DNA from: Patescibacteria group bacterium
Lineage (GTDB): Bacteria > Patescibacteriota > JABMPQ01 > JAQVVF01
Length of the DNA stretch: 64,000 bases
Direction of reading: 5' to 3'
NCBI GenBank assembly: GCA_041662665.1
Contig: JBAZSC010000004.1
Coordinates: 10,464 to 74,463 of the forward strand
In this document: piece by piece, positions 27,952 to 37,510 of the stretch
Layout of the letters: each line of letters opens with the position of its first letter
Position numbering within the stretch: the stretch's first letter is position 1
Position numbers and translations under genes: made by a program
The notes under the pieces: model-generated
What the model was told of the DNA's origin: nothing
Databases searched by the model: none
Seen by the model: the letters and a program-made list of their open reading frames with translations, nothing else

Positions 27952-29802
27952 TTATTTACCAATTGCATAATATCTTTGCGAAAAATTAAACGGAGATTTC
28001 AAATAAACCGTAAAAGTATTTTTCTTTGTATTGCGTTTAGCTGACAAATTAGTCCACTTTTTTGATTTCAAATTATATGCTTTTAGATATAAATTCTTTT
28101 CTTTCAACCCTTTTACTTTTTTCTTTAATTTTTTAAATTCTTTTTTAGAATATGAAAATACTAATTTTAATTTAACATTCTTACTTAATTTATATTTTGA
28201 AAAATCAGTATTAATTTTCCAATATTTTTTTAACAAATTATGCTTTGCATCCACAAAAAGTTTTGTAAATTTCTTTTTTCTCACAACCAAAAAATATCTT
28301 TTTGTTTTTTTAAAAGCTTTTGGATATTTTTTGAAAGTCAAATTTAATTCTCTAGCATAATATTTTTTATTTTTCTTTTTAATCCTTACTTCATTTTTTT
28401 TCTTCGCTTTTTTTGTAACAAACTTTGGATTACCGACATATTTGACATTAAAAGATACAACAGCAGATTCAGCACTATAGACATCTCTAAATTTAACGTA
28501 AATTGTTTTTATGCCTTTTTTTGAAGGCATTTTAAAAATCGTATTAGCCAAATAACTGCTCCAAATCTTATTAGAAAAATCAGACTTTGTCGAAACAATC
28601 ATTTCAGTAGGACTGCCAGAAACTGAAGATGCAATATTAATTTTTCTATAAGCTGAATAATCCCTTCCATTATTTATTGTTATTGTTTGAACTGAAGGTC
28701 CAGGAGTATAAGTATAATTCAAACTAGTATTAACTAAACCAGCACTAGTTTTAAAATAAATAACATGTGTTCGATTCATTGAATCTATTCCTAACGATAT
28801 TGGACGATAATATGCATTAAAAGTTTCAAAAGAAAACAAAAGACTGTACGATCCAGTATCCTGTTGATTATAAATTGACCATTGTCCAGAAACATTTGTC
28901 GCGTATTTTAATCTGCCATTTAAAATATCATGATAAGCAACATGCAATTTATTATTATCATCAATTTTTAATGAAGGATAATAGCCCACTTGACCTGCAC
29001 TGTCATTATCAATAACACTTGCAACCCATGCTCCTGAAATATTAGTAATATATTTTAAATCAGAGTTAGTATAATCCAAATAAGCAATATGAATTTTATT
29101 ATTTGAATCAATCGCTATGGAAGACTGAAGACCTACCGATCCATTAGAATCTAAAACTACAGATAGCCAAGAACCACTATCATTAGTAATATATTTTAAA
29201 TCGGAATTAGTAGTATCACGATAAGAAATATGCACCTTATTATTTGAATCCAATGCCAAAGAAGAACTACCTCCAACATCAGTACTAGAATCTATTGTTT
29301 CATTTGCCCATGAACCAGACACGTTTGTCGCATATTTCAAATTGCTATTATCTGAATCATAATAGCTTACATATATTTTTTTATTTCCATCCAAAGCCAT
29401 TGATACTTGTCCCAAGCCAATAGTTCCACTATTATCAATTATCTCGAAAACCCATGTTCCATTAACATTATTCGCATATTTTAACCAATCATTCGTTCTA
29501 TCTTCATAAACAATATATACTTTTCCATTAACATCTATTCCCAAAGAAGAATTACCAACATTAACAGAGTTATCAACAATTTCTGCCATCCAAGTACCAG
29601 AAGAATTAGTCGCATATTTCAAATCAGAATTAGTATTATCAAAATAACTAATATGAACTTTGTTATTTTGATCAATTGCTAATGCATTAACACTTCCAGC
29701 AGATGCCTCCAATTCCTGCGACTGCCAATCAGCAGCCAAAACATTTTGGCCAAACAGAAACAGACCAACAATGGCCAGACAAATTAATAAATACCTCCGC
29801 AT
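27952..29802 (-). CDS. Secreted repeat protein, paralog 4 of 6
   Basis: Same architecture; the 7 repeats are counted explicitly; ends RYYAIGK. Confidence 0.8.
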   Translation of the reverse strand: MRRYLLICLAIVGLFLFGQNVLAADWQSQELEASAGSVNALAIDQNNKVHISYFDNTNSDLKYATNSSGTWMAEIVDNSVNVGNSSLGIDVNGKVYIVYEDRTNDWLKYANNVNGTWVFEIIDNSGTIGLGQVSMALDGNKKIYVSYYDSDNSNLKYATNVSGSWANETIDSSTDVGGSSSLALDSNNKVHISYRDTTNSDLKYITNDSGSWLSVVLDSNGSVGLQSSIAIDSNNKIHIAYLDYTNSDLKYITNISGAWVASVIDNDSAGQVGYYPSLKIDDNNKLHVAYHDILNGRLKYATNVSGQWSIYNQQDTGSYSLLFSFETFNAYYRPISLGIDSMNRTHVIYFKTSAGLVNTSLNYTYTPGPSVQTITINNGRDYSAYRKINIASSVSGSPTEMIVSTKSDFSNKIWSSYLANTIFKMPSKKGIKTIYVKFRDVYSAESAVVSFNVKYVGNPKFVTKKAKKKNEVRIKKKNKKYYARELNLTFKKYPKAFKKTKRYFLVVRKKKFTKLFVDAKHNLLKKYWKINTDFSKYKLSKNVKLKLVFSYSKKEFKKLKKKVKGLKEKNLYLKAYNLKSKKWTNLSAKRNTKKNTFTVYLKSPFNFSQRYYAIGK

Positions 29803-29874
29803 AATTTTTTTGTTTTTATTCCACCAAAGTTCCGCAGAACGTAGGTGGATTAATTTTTAAAAACTTAAAATAAA

Positions 29875-31686
29875 CTATTTTATTCCAATCCCAAAAGTCC
29901 TTTTGCTAAAAGAAATTGGAGAATCAATTATTAAAGTAAAAGTTCTCTTTTTTAAATTTAAAGTTGCAAATGAATTTTTCCACTTTTTCTTTAATTTATT
30001 GTAATATAATAATTTCAAATCACTTTGTTTTAATGTCTTATTATTCTTTTTTAATTTTTTGAATTCTTTTTTAGAATAATTAAAAGTCACTTTTAATCTG
30101 AAATTATTCTTGGCTTTTTTATAAGTATATTTATTTAAATCATCTGTCACTAGCCAATATTTTTTTAATAGCTTATTTTTGTCTATTTTCTTAAAATAGT
30201 TACTGAATAATTTTGATTGAACAAAATATTTTTCTTTTTTTAAATTTTTTGGATATTTTGTCATTACAAAATTCAAATCTCTCGCAGAATAAACCTTGCC
30301 TTGCTTTTTCAACAAAACTTCATTAACTTTTCTAGCCTTTTTTGTTACAAATTTTGGATTTTTAATGTATCTAATTGTCTTTGTTAAAGCACCTGATTCA
30401 GCAAACCATTGATCTCTGAAATTGACATAAACTGTTTTTGTTCCATCAACTTTTGATAAAGTAAAAATCTTTGATGTATCATAAGCTTCCCAATTTGCAT
30501 TTGCAAAATCAGCATTTTCAGAAATTATCATTTCAGTTGGACTGCCTGCTGAAGATAAAGACAATGCTACTGTTCTTAAGGCAGTATATGCTTTATTAGA
30601 ATTAATCTTTAAACTTGTATTTGTTGGTCCCATAGAAGCAGCGTATTTTAAATCGCCATTTGTATGATCCTGATAAGCAATATGAATTCTATTTAGATCA
30701 TCAACCTTAATTGAAGTTTGAAAACCTAAAATTAAAGTATCGCTTCCTTGATCAACAATATATTTCTGAAAGGTTCCTGAAATATTTGTCGCATATTTCA
30801 AAGAATAATTTGGATAACCATCATGATAACTAATATGAGCATAATTATTTTTATCCAAGCTCAAACTAGAAAACATTCCAGTCAATCCTCCTGCTAAAAC
30901 TGCAGTATCAATTGTTGTTTTCTGCCAACTTCCAGATAAATTTGTAATATATTTCAAAGCTTGCACTCCGCCATCATAATAGCTAACATGCACTTTATTA
31001 TTTGTATCAACAGCAATTGAAGAATATTGTCCAACTCCTCCATTATCAATTGCTGAGCTTAAAAAAGATCCTGATTCATTTGTTGCGTATTTTAACCATT
31101 GATTACTGCTATCATAATAGCTAATATGAGCTTTGCCATTTGAATCAACTGCAATTGATGTATTGCTTGTAGAAGATAATGTTTCTACATCGTAGAAAAA
31201 CCAAGTTCCAGATGACTTGATTGCATATCTAACTTTTGATCCATTATAATAGCTAATATTCAATCGATCACTTGAATCAATCGCCATATCCACAAAAGTC
31301 CCGCCCAAAGCATCTAAAACAGAATTTCCCCAATTTCCTCCAGCATTTGTGGCATATTTCAAATCATCATTTACAGCATCATAATAAGCAATATGAATTT
31401 TGTTCGCTGAATCAACCACTAAAGAAGGATAAAGCCCAACCATTACTGAACTCTCGTCAATTATCGTAATTTGAAAACTGCCAGAACTATTAGTCGCATA
31501 TTTTAATTTACCATCACCAAGATATGCAATATGAACATATCCTAACGAATCAACACTAATTGATGTTCCATCTCCAGCAAAACCAGTTGCATCAACTGTT
31601 GTTTTTTGCCAATCTGCTGCCAACACAGTATGACCAAACAACATCAGGCAAAACATTGCCACCAAAATTAATAATTTCTTTTTCAT
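29875..31686 (-). CDS. Secreted repeat protein, paralog 5 of 6 (more divergent)
   Basis: Signal peptide, LKYATN repeats, beta module and a lysine-rich tail ending FGIGIK. Confidence 0.75.
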   Translation of the reverse strand: MKKKLLILVAMFCLMLFGHTVLAADWQKTTVDATGFAGDGTSISVDSLGYVHIAYLGDGKLKYATNSSGSFQITIIDESSVMVGLYPSLVVDSANKIHIAYYDAVNDDLKYATNAGGNWGNSVLDALGGTFVDMAIDSSDRLNISYYNGSKVRYAIKSSGTWFFYDVETLSSTSNTSIAVDSNGKAHISYYDSSNQWLKYATNESGSFLSSAIDNGGVGQYSSIAVDTNNKVHVSYYDGGVQALKYITNLSGSWQKTTIDTAVLAGGLTGMFSSLSLDKNNYAHISYHDGYPNYSLKYATNISGTFQKYIVDQGSDTLILGFQTSIKVDDLNRIHIAYQDHTNGDLKYAASMGPTNTSLKINSNKAYTALRTVALSLSSAGSPTEMIISENADFANANWEAYDTSKIFTLSKVDGTKTVYVNFRDQWFAESGALTKTIRYIKNPKFVTKKARKVNEVLLKKQGKVYSARDLNFVMTKYPKNLKKEKYFVQSKLFSNYFKKIDKNKLLKKYWLVTDDLNKYTYKKAKNNFRLKVTFNYSKKEFKKLKKNNKTLKQSDLKLLYYNKLKKKWKNSFATLNLKKRTFTLIIDSPISFSKRTFGIGIK

Positions 31687-31763
31687 GATTTTCCCTCGTC
31701 CGCCATGCTTCTTCGCTTAAGCGAAGAGCGAAGGCGGATATTAAATAGTAATTATTTTAAAAT

Positions 31764-33614
31764 TTATTTTTTTCCTATTGCATAATAAATTTCATTCCAA
31801 GATATCGGCGAAATCAAAGTGATAGCAAATGTCCTATTTTTCACAGAATGTACGGCATTTAAATTATGCCATTTCTTTTCTTTAACATTATAATATTTTA
31901 AAACCAAACTACTTTCTGACAAACCTTTATTTCTATTTTTTAAAGTCTTGAATTGCTTTTTTGTATATTTAAAAACAAATTTAGTTTTAAAATTATCAGC
32001 TAATTTATATTTATTAAAATTACCTTTTATTTTCCAATATTCTTTAATCAAATTTTTCTTGGCTGCAATATAAGTTTTTGAATATTTTCTATATCTTTTT
32101 ACTTGCCAAGAATATTTTGCTTTTTTCAAACCTTTTGGCAATTTCAAAAATTTTAAATAAAATTTTTGAGCAGTATATTTTTTATTTTTCTTTTTTATTA
32201 AAATTTCTTTGCTTTTTGCATTTTTTGTTACAAAAGTTGGATTTGGCAAATATTTAATTGAATCAGAAACAGTTGCTGATTCCGCATACCATTGATCTCG
32301 AAATTTTACATAAATAGTCTTTTTGCCAACCCTAGAAGACATTTCAAAAACTTTATTCACATTATATGTTTCCCATTCTGCTCCAGCAAAAGTAGAATAT
32401 TCAGACAACATCATTTCTGTTGGATTGCTAGTTGCAGATAAAACCAAATCAACATCTTTAAAATTTGTATATTTTTTACCTGCTTCTATTACAACTTCTG
32501 GACTTATTGGACCAAGTACATCAGCAAATTTTACTTCACCATCCCAAGGAGAATAAGTATGCAGATAAAATAGACCAACGTAAAGTCTGTTTGAAGAATC
32601 CATAGCCAAAGAAATTGGCTGTTCAGCTGTATGAATTGCATCTCCAATATCACTAACAGCTACAGTTGAAAAACTTGTCCCAACATTATTTGCCAGCTTA
32701 AAATCAAAGTTATCCACATCATAATATCCAATTCTTACTCTTGAATTGCTATCAACTACTAGAGAAGAATATATTCCAACATCTCCAGCAGTATCAACTG
32801 TCGAATTTGACCAATAGCCCAACATATTATTTGCGTATTTCAAATCTCGATTCCCGCGATCATAATAACTAATATGAACGAAATCACTATCGTCAATTTT
32901 TATTGAACTAAACTCACCAACATTACCGCTATCAACGGTTTGAGCCACAAAATTTCCAGAAGAATTTGTAATATATTTTAAAGATAGATTTGCCGAATCA
33001 TAATAACTGATATGGACTTTATTGTAATCATCAACAGTTAATGAAGAAAATAGTCCGACAAAAGTACTACTGCTATCTATTGTTGATAATGTAAAACCAG
33101 TTCCATTAGAATTTGTTGCGTATTTTAAATCGTCATTTGTTAAATCATAATAACTAATATGCACATAACCTAATGAATCAACACCAATCGAATCATACAT
33201 ACCAACTTCGCCTGTTGTATCAATTGATGATGCTGCCCACACTCCAGAAGCATTAGTCGCATATTTCAAATCAGAATTAGCATAATCATAATAACTAACA
33301 TGCGCCTTATCATTATAATCTATTGCAATTGATGGATACTGTCCCAAACCAGAACCAAGATCAATTGTTTCACTCACAAAACTGCCAGATGCGTTTGTTG
33401 CATATTTTAGATAATAAGTTGCACCAGTTGTCTCTAAATAAACCAGATGCGCTTTGCTATTTGAATCCAAAGCAATTGCCACAATAGGACCAACACCTAC
33501 TCCTCTCGACAATGACTCAAATTGCCAATCCGATGCCTTTGCTTGACCAAAAAAACAAAAGACACAAGACAACGTTGCAAAAACCACTCCTAAAATTAGA
33601 GATTTTTTTCTCAT
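31764..33614 (-). CDS. Secreted repeat protein, paralog 6 of 6 (more divergent)
   Basis: Signal peptide, LKYATN repeats and a lysine-rich tail ending YYAIGKK. Confidence 0.75.
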   Translation of the reverse strand: MRKKSLILGVVFATLSCVFCFFGQAKASDWQFESLSRGVGVGPIVAIALDSNSKAHLVYLETTGATYYLKYATNASGSFVSETIDLGSGLGQYPSIAIDYNDKAHVSYYDYANSDLKYATNASGVWAASSIDTTGEVGMYDSIGVDSLGYVHISYYDLTNDDLKYATNSNGTGFTLSTIDSSSTFVGLFSSLTVDDYNKVHISYYDSANLSLKYITNSSGNFVAQTVDSGNVGEFSSIKIDDSDFVHISYYDRGNRDLKYANNMLGYWSNSTVDTAGDVGIYSSLVVDSNSRVRIGYYDVDNFDFKLANNVGTSFSTVAVSDIGDAIHTAEQPISLAMDSSNRLYVGLFYLHTYSPWDGEVKFADVLGPISPEVVIEAGKKYTNFKDVDLVLSATSNPTEMMLSEYSTFAGAEWETYNVNKVFEMSSRVGKKTIYVKFRDQWYAESATVSDSIKYLPNPTFVTKNAKSKEILIKKKNKKYTAQKFYLKFLKLPKGLKKAKYSWQVKRYRKYSKTYIAAKKNLIKEYWKIKGNFNKYKLADNFKTKFVFKYTKKQFKTLKNRNKGLSESSLVLKYYNVKEKKWHNLNAVHSVKNRTFAITLISPISWNEIYYAIGKK

Positions 33615-33796
33615 TATTTTTGTTTTTTATTTTAATAAATTTTAATTACTGATATCTTAACATTTTTTTACCTATTTAACAAAAAAGCTATCCACTGCCA
33701 AAATTTACATTATGCCAATAATAATGTATAATAAAATTAATCAAATATCATTTTTAAAAACAGAATTAAAATTAGAAAAAGTATTTGCATTATTTG

Positions 33797-33836
33797 CATA
33801 TTCGCAATATTTGCATAAATTCGTATATTTGTATTA
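33797..33836 (+). promoter_or_regulatory. Conserved about 40-nt promoter-like block ending at the hsp20 start codon (candidate leaderless promoter: TTCGCA-17-TATATT)
   Basis: catattcgcaatatttgcataaattcgtatatttgtatta is near-identical (1 mismatch) to the block upstream of ruvB and is related to the block upstream of ferredoxin. Confidence 0.5.
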
Positions 33837-34393
33837 TGCCTAAACAATCTTTTTTCGCAAGATTTTTACAATCAAAACAAGTTGCTGACAATCCTACGCC
33901 GCCAAAACCACCAGTTGGACATCTGCCAACTCCAAAGACTTCTCAGCCAGATCCAGCTCCAATCCAAGTTCAACAGCAACAACAACCACAACCTCAACAA
34001 AATTCTTCTCAATCTTCACAAGATAGTCAAGAAAATTACGAAGGCCAGCTTGCTATTGATGTTTATCAAACTCCTCAAGAAATAGTTATTAAATCAACAA
34101 TTGCTGGTGTTAATCCAGAAAACATTGACATCAATATCGATAATGACATGGTTACAATCAAAGGCGAAAGAAAAAATATCACTGAAGCAAAAGAAAATGA
34201 TTATTATTATCAAGAATGTTATTGGGGCTCTTTTTCAAGATCAATTATCTTGCCAGAAGAAGTCGTTGCTGATAATGCTGTTGCTGAATTAAAAAATGGA
34301 ATTCTGACAGTCAGATTACCAAAAGCAAATGCCGTTAAAACCAAAAAAATAGAAGTCAAAATGGCGAGCGATACAGTGACTAGTAATCAATAA
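33836..34393 (+). CDS. Hsp20/alpha-crystallin family small heat-shock protein with a Q/P-rich N-terminal extension
   Basis: Alpha-crystallin domain (LAIDVYQT...VTIKGER...AELKNGILTVRLPK). The start is assigned to the ATG at 33836 (MPKQSFF). Confidence 0.85.
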   Translation: MPKQSFFARFLQSKQVADNPTPPKPPVGHLPTPKTSQPDPAPIQVQQQQQPQPQQNSSQSSQDSQENYEGQLAIDVYQTPQEIVIKSTIAGVNPENIDINIDNDMVTIKGERKNITEAKENDYYYQECYWGSFSRSIILPEEVVADNAVAELKNGILTVRLPKANAVKTKKIEVKMASDTVTSNQ

Positions 34394-34466
34394 CTAGCAA
34401 CAAGAAATCCAATTGCCAATTACTAATTTTTCTAGTTACTTGTTACTTGTTAATACATTATATTTA

Positions 34467-34500
34467 CCCGAGCTACAGCTCGGGATTATTATTGTTTTTT
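34467..34500 (+). terminator. Rho-independent terminator after hsp20
   Basis: cccgagctacagctcggg followed by a T-rich tract. Confidence 0.65.
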
Positions 34501-34558
34501 ATTCTTTACAAATTAAAAAATAGCTGTTATATTATTTCATTAAGATTTCAATATTTTT

Positions 34559-34846
34559 TTGTTTATAATGCAAACGATAAAAGTAATTTTAGATCGATTT
34601 TTCGATGATTCCGTAATATTAATTACCGAATCTGGCAAACAAATTTTATGGCCAAAAGACAAGCTTCCAGAAGAAGCAGAACTTGGTCAAACTTTGAATT
34701 TGACTTTAAATATAAATTCGCCTGCAATAAATTTTGTTAAAAAAAATAAAGATAATGCAATTCAAATACCGCAAGATCATACCAAAATCGCCAAAGCAAT
34801 TTTAGAAGAAATCTTAAATAGCAACGAACAAGAAATCTTAAAATAG
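34559..34846 (+). CDS. Hypothetical small protein
   Basis: 95-aa ORF. Confidence 0.4.
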   Translation: MFIMQTIKVILDRFFDDSVILITESGKQILWPKDKLPEEAELGQTLNLTLNINSPAINFVKKNKDNAIQIPQDHTKIAKAILEEILNSNEQEILK

Positions 34847-34871
34847 TACCCTAAACAAAAGGAGAACCGAA

Positions 34872-35246
34872 GTGGAACAATCAGAAGGATACGCGATCTT
34901 TGATTTTAATTTAGATCCTTCAAAAAGAAGTAAATGGTCAACTGGTTCTTTTCTTGAACCAAATTCTCCATTCTTTTCAAAACATGTAGAAATCGGAATT
35001 AGCCAACGCAATTCACAATCGCGACCAGACTCTCAACATTTTCACCGCGAAACCAAAGAATTTTATTTGGTTATTTCTGGACAACTTGTTCTGCAAATCA
35101 ACAATAAAACAATTATCCTAAAACCTCTTGAAATGGTTGTTGTTTTACCTAATTCAATTCATGCAGTAATAAAAGCAGTTGATGACACAAAATTCATTGT
35201 CATCAAATCACCTTCGGGACTTAATGACAAAGTAATCGTTCCCTAA
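34872..35246 (+). CDS. Cupin-fold protein (GTG start, SD-bearing)
   Basis: G(X)5HXH-like HRETKEFYLVISGQLVL and PNSIHAV cupin motifs. aaggag sits 8 nt upstream of the GTG start. Confidence 0.5.
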   Translation: MEQSEGYAIFDFNLDPSKRSKWSTGSFLEPNSPFFSKHVEIGISQRNSQSRPDSQHFHRETKEFYLVISGQLVLQINNKTIILKPLEMVVVLPNSIHAVIKAVDDTKFIVIKSPSGLNDKVIVP

Positions 35247-35248
35247 AC

Positions 35249-35272
35249 ACCTACTCTCGTAGGTTTTTTTAT
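35249..35272 (+). terminator. Terminator after the cupin gene
   Basis: cctactctcgtagg followed by a T7 run. Confidence 0.55.
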
Positions 35273-35333
35273 TTCAATATTCAAATCATAATTCTTTATT
35301 CTTTATTCATAATTCTCATGCTAGAATAATTTA

Positions 35334-37073
35334 ATGCCTAAAAAAATATTTAAAACTTTTTTTATAATTTCAATCATTTTCTTAACCACGTTAAGCCTTT
35401 CTTTAATTGTCTTAAATTTTTATTACAAAGATAAATTTTATCCAGGTACAACAATTGCTAATTTTAATGTTTCTGGAAAAACAAAACAACAAGCAACTGA
35501 TTTTTTAAATAATAAATTAGAAGAATTTAATCAAGGAATTAGTTTTGTTAATAAAGATTATAACCAAAAAATAAAACCAGAACTTTTTGGCGTTGAAATT
35601 GATTTAGAAAAAACAATCAATCAAGCTTTTGATAAAACAAATTCTGGAAGCAAACATAATCGAAGTTTCAATATCATTAAAACTTTAATTTTAAAAGATC
35701 ATAATAATTTAATTTATTCGATCCAATCAAATAAATTAGAAAATTTTTACAATCAAGAATTATCCAAATTAGACCAGCAAAAAAAAGAGACCAACATCTC
35801 TTTTCAAAAAAATAATTTAAAAATAATTTCTGGAAATTCGGGCTTTTCTTTAAACAAGCAATTTTTAACAAGCTTAATAAATTCCAGAATTAAAAATTTA
35901 TCAGCTGACGAAATAAATGTTCCATTTCAAAAAATCAATCCTGAAAATAATAAAAAAATAATTTTTAAAACAAGTCTTGAAGCCAAAAATATTGTTTCAC
36001 AAAAAATTATTTTGCAATACGAAAAAGATAAGTGGATAATTGACCAAGATACGTTAAAATCCTGGGCTAATTTTGCTGTTCAAAAAACACCAATTACTAG
36101 TTATCCAAGTCTAAATAAAAATTATCCAGTACAAAATCTAATTTATAATTCTTTATCAACTAAACAAAAAAATAATTTTCAAGATCAACTAGTTGCCTAT
36201 TTTGACCGACAAAAAATCGGCGATTATTTATCAAAAGAAATTGCGCCAAAAATCAATCAAGCTCCTCAAAATATCCGCTTGCAAATGCAAAATAATGAAT
36301 TAACAATTTTTCAGCCTGCCAAAAAAGGCAAAGAATTATTAATCGAAGGCAATCTAAAAAATATTATTGATAATATCAAAAATCAAAATACCAAAATTAA
36401 ATTATTAACCAAATCTTTAGGCGCTGAAATTAACAAAAAAAATATCAAAGAACTTGGCATCAAAGAATTATTAGGCAAAGGCGAATCAAATTTTTCTGGA
36501 AGTCCTACCAATCGCATTCAAAATATTACTGTTGCCGCCCAAAAACTGAATGGTATTTTAGTAAAACCAAATGAAGAATATTCTTTAGTTAATAATTTAG
36601 GCGAGGTCAATGCTGAAGCAGGATACCTGCCAGAATTAGTTATTAAAGAAGACAAAACCATCCCAGAATATGGAGGAGGTTTATGCCAAATCGCCACCAC
36701 TAATTTTCGTGCTGCGCTAAATTCAGCCTTACCAATCACCGAACGCCAATCGCATTCTTATGCAGTCCAATATTATGATCCGCAAGGAACAGATGCTGCA
36801 ATTTACATTCCTCATCCAGATCTAAAATTTTATAACAATACTAAAAATTATATTTTAATTCAGACATCAATCTTTAATGATATTTTAACTTTTGAATTTT
36901 ATGGAACTAATGATGGCAGATCTGTCAGATTTGAGGGTCCAGAATATTGGGACCAAAAACCTGACAAATCATTCAAGGCAAAATATTCCCAAATTATTAC
37001 CTATCCCGACAAAACCGAAAAAAAATCAACCTTCTTTAGCTATTACGATAATCCTGATAAATACAAACACTAG
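35334..37073 (+). CDS. VanW-family protein with N-terminal TM anchor
   Basis: C-terminal VanW-like region (GGGLCQIATTNFRAALNS...YIPHPDLKF) and an N-terminal signal anchor. Confidence 0.6.
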   Translation: MPKKIFKTFFIISIIFLTTLSLSLIVLNFYYKDKFYPGTTIANFNVSGKTKQQATDFLNNKLEEFNQGISFVNKDYNQKIKPELFGVEIDLEKTINQAFDKTNSGSKHNRSFNIIKTLILKDHNNLIYSIQSNKLENFYNQELSKLDQQKKETNISFQKNNLKIISGNSGFSLNKQFLTSLINSRIKNLSADEINVPFQKINPENNKKIIFKTSLEAKNIVSQKIILQYEKDKWIIDQDTLKSWANFAVQKTPITSYPSLNKNYPVQNLIYNSLSTKQKNNFQDQLVAYFDRQKIGDYLSKEIAPKINQAPQNIRLQMQNNELTIFQPAKKGKELLIEGNLKNIIDNIKNQNTKIKLLTKSLGAEINKKNIKELGIKELLGKGESNFSGSPTNRIQNITVAAQKLNGILVKPNEEYSLVNNLGEVNAEAGYLPELVIKEDKTIPEYGGGLCQIATTNFRAALNSALPITERQSHSYAVQYYDPQGTDAAIYIPHPDLKFYNNTKNYILIQTSIFNDILTFEFYGTNDGRSVRFEGPEYWDQKPDKSFKAKYSQIITYPDKTEKKSTFFSYYDNPDKYKH

Positions 37074-37189
37074 ACAAGAATACAAATCTACAAATAACGC
37101 TAATCTACGAATATACGAATCGTCGTATTCGCATATTCGCTATATTGGCATTATTCGTATATTCGTATTTTACCCAACAAAAAACTGTA

Positions 37190-37330
37190 GGCTAATGTCC
37201 CGTGCTACCTTATGTGAACGCATATTTCACAGAAAATAGCGCGGGACGAAGTAACAATCCCAAGTGATTCAGTAGTAAAACACCGCCGAATCCTTTCTGA
37301 TTGTTCCTTATAAAATAGCTGCCTACAGAT
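37190..37330 (+). ncRNA. Candidate structured ncRNA (GC-rich nested-stem element in an AT-rich 436-nt intergenic region); strand uncertain
   Basis: Outer stem ctgtaggc (37194-37201) pairs with gcctacag (37319-37326). Inner stems include gtcccgtgc/gcgcgggac and tgtgaa/ttcaca. No match to the tRNA, tmRNA, SRP or RNase P signatures that I can recall. Confidence 0.25.
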
Positions 37331-37465
37331 TTTTGGCCACGAAAAACATTACTTTTTTTTCATGACTAAACAGCTTAGCATATTATATTTCGCCTGTCAA
37401 TACTTTTTGCTATAATATAATACGAATATGCAAATCTATGCAAATAATACGAATATACAAATTCG

Positions 37466-37505
37466 TATATTCGCAACATTTGCATAAATTCGTATATTTG
37501 TATTA
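37466..37505 (+). promoter_or_regulatory. Conserved about 40-nt promoter-like block upstream of ruvB
   Basis: gtatattcgcaacatttgcataaattcgtatatttgtatta ends 5 nt before the ATG at 37511. Confidence 0.5.
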
Positions 37506-37510
37506 CATAA

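Noticed and set aside
22354-32556. Antisense ORFs inside the paralog genes (22354-22686, 23269-23517, 23523-23735, 24932-25141, 25263-25562, 28031-28360, 31272-31469, 32323-32556)
   Set aside because: They are shadow ORFs of AT-rich, repeat-containing coding sequence on the opposite strand, with no independent support.
22030-33614. Diversity-generating retroelement (DGR) targeting the paralog array
   Set aside because: No reverse transcriptase, template repeat or adenine-specific variable-repeat pattern is visible in the window.
37190-37330. RNase P RNA, tmRNA, SRP RNA or 6S assignment for the GC-rich structured element
   Set aside because: It lacks the universally conserved P4 strands, tmRNA tRNA-like ends and SRP domain IV motif. 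At 140 nt it is too short for RNase P RNA. Kept only as an unclassified candidate.
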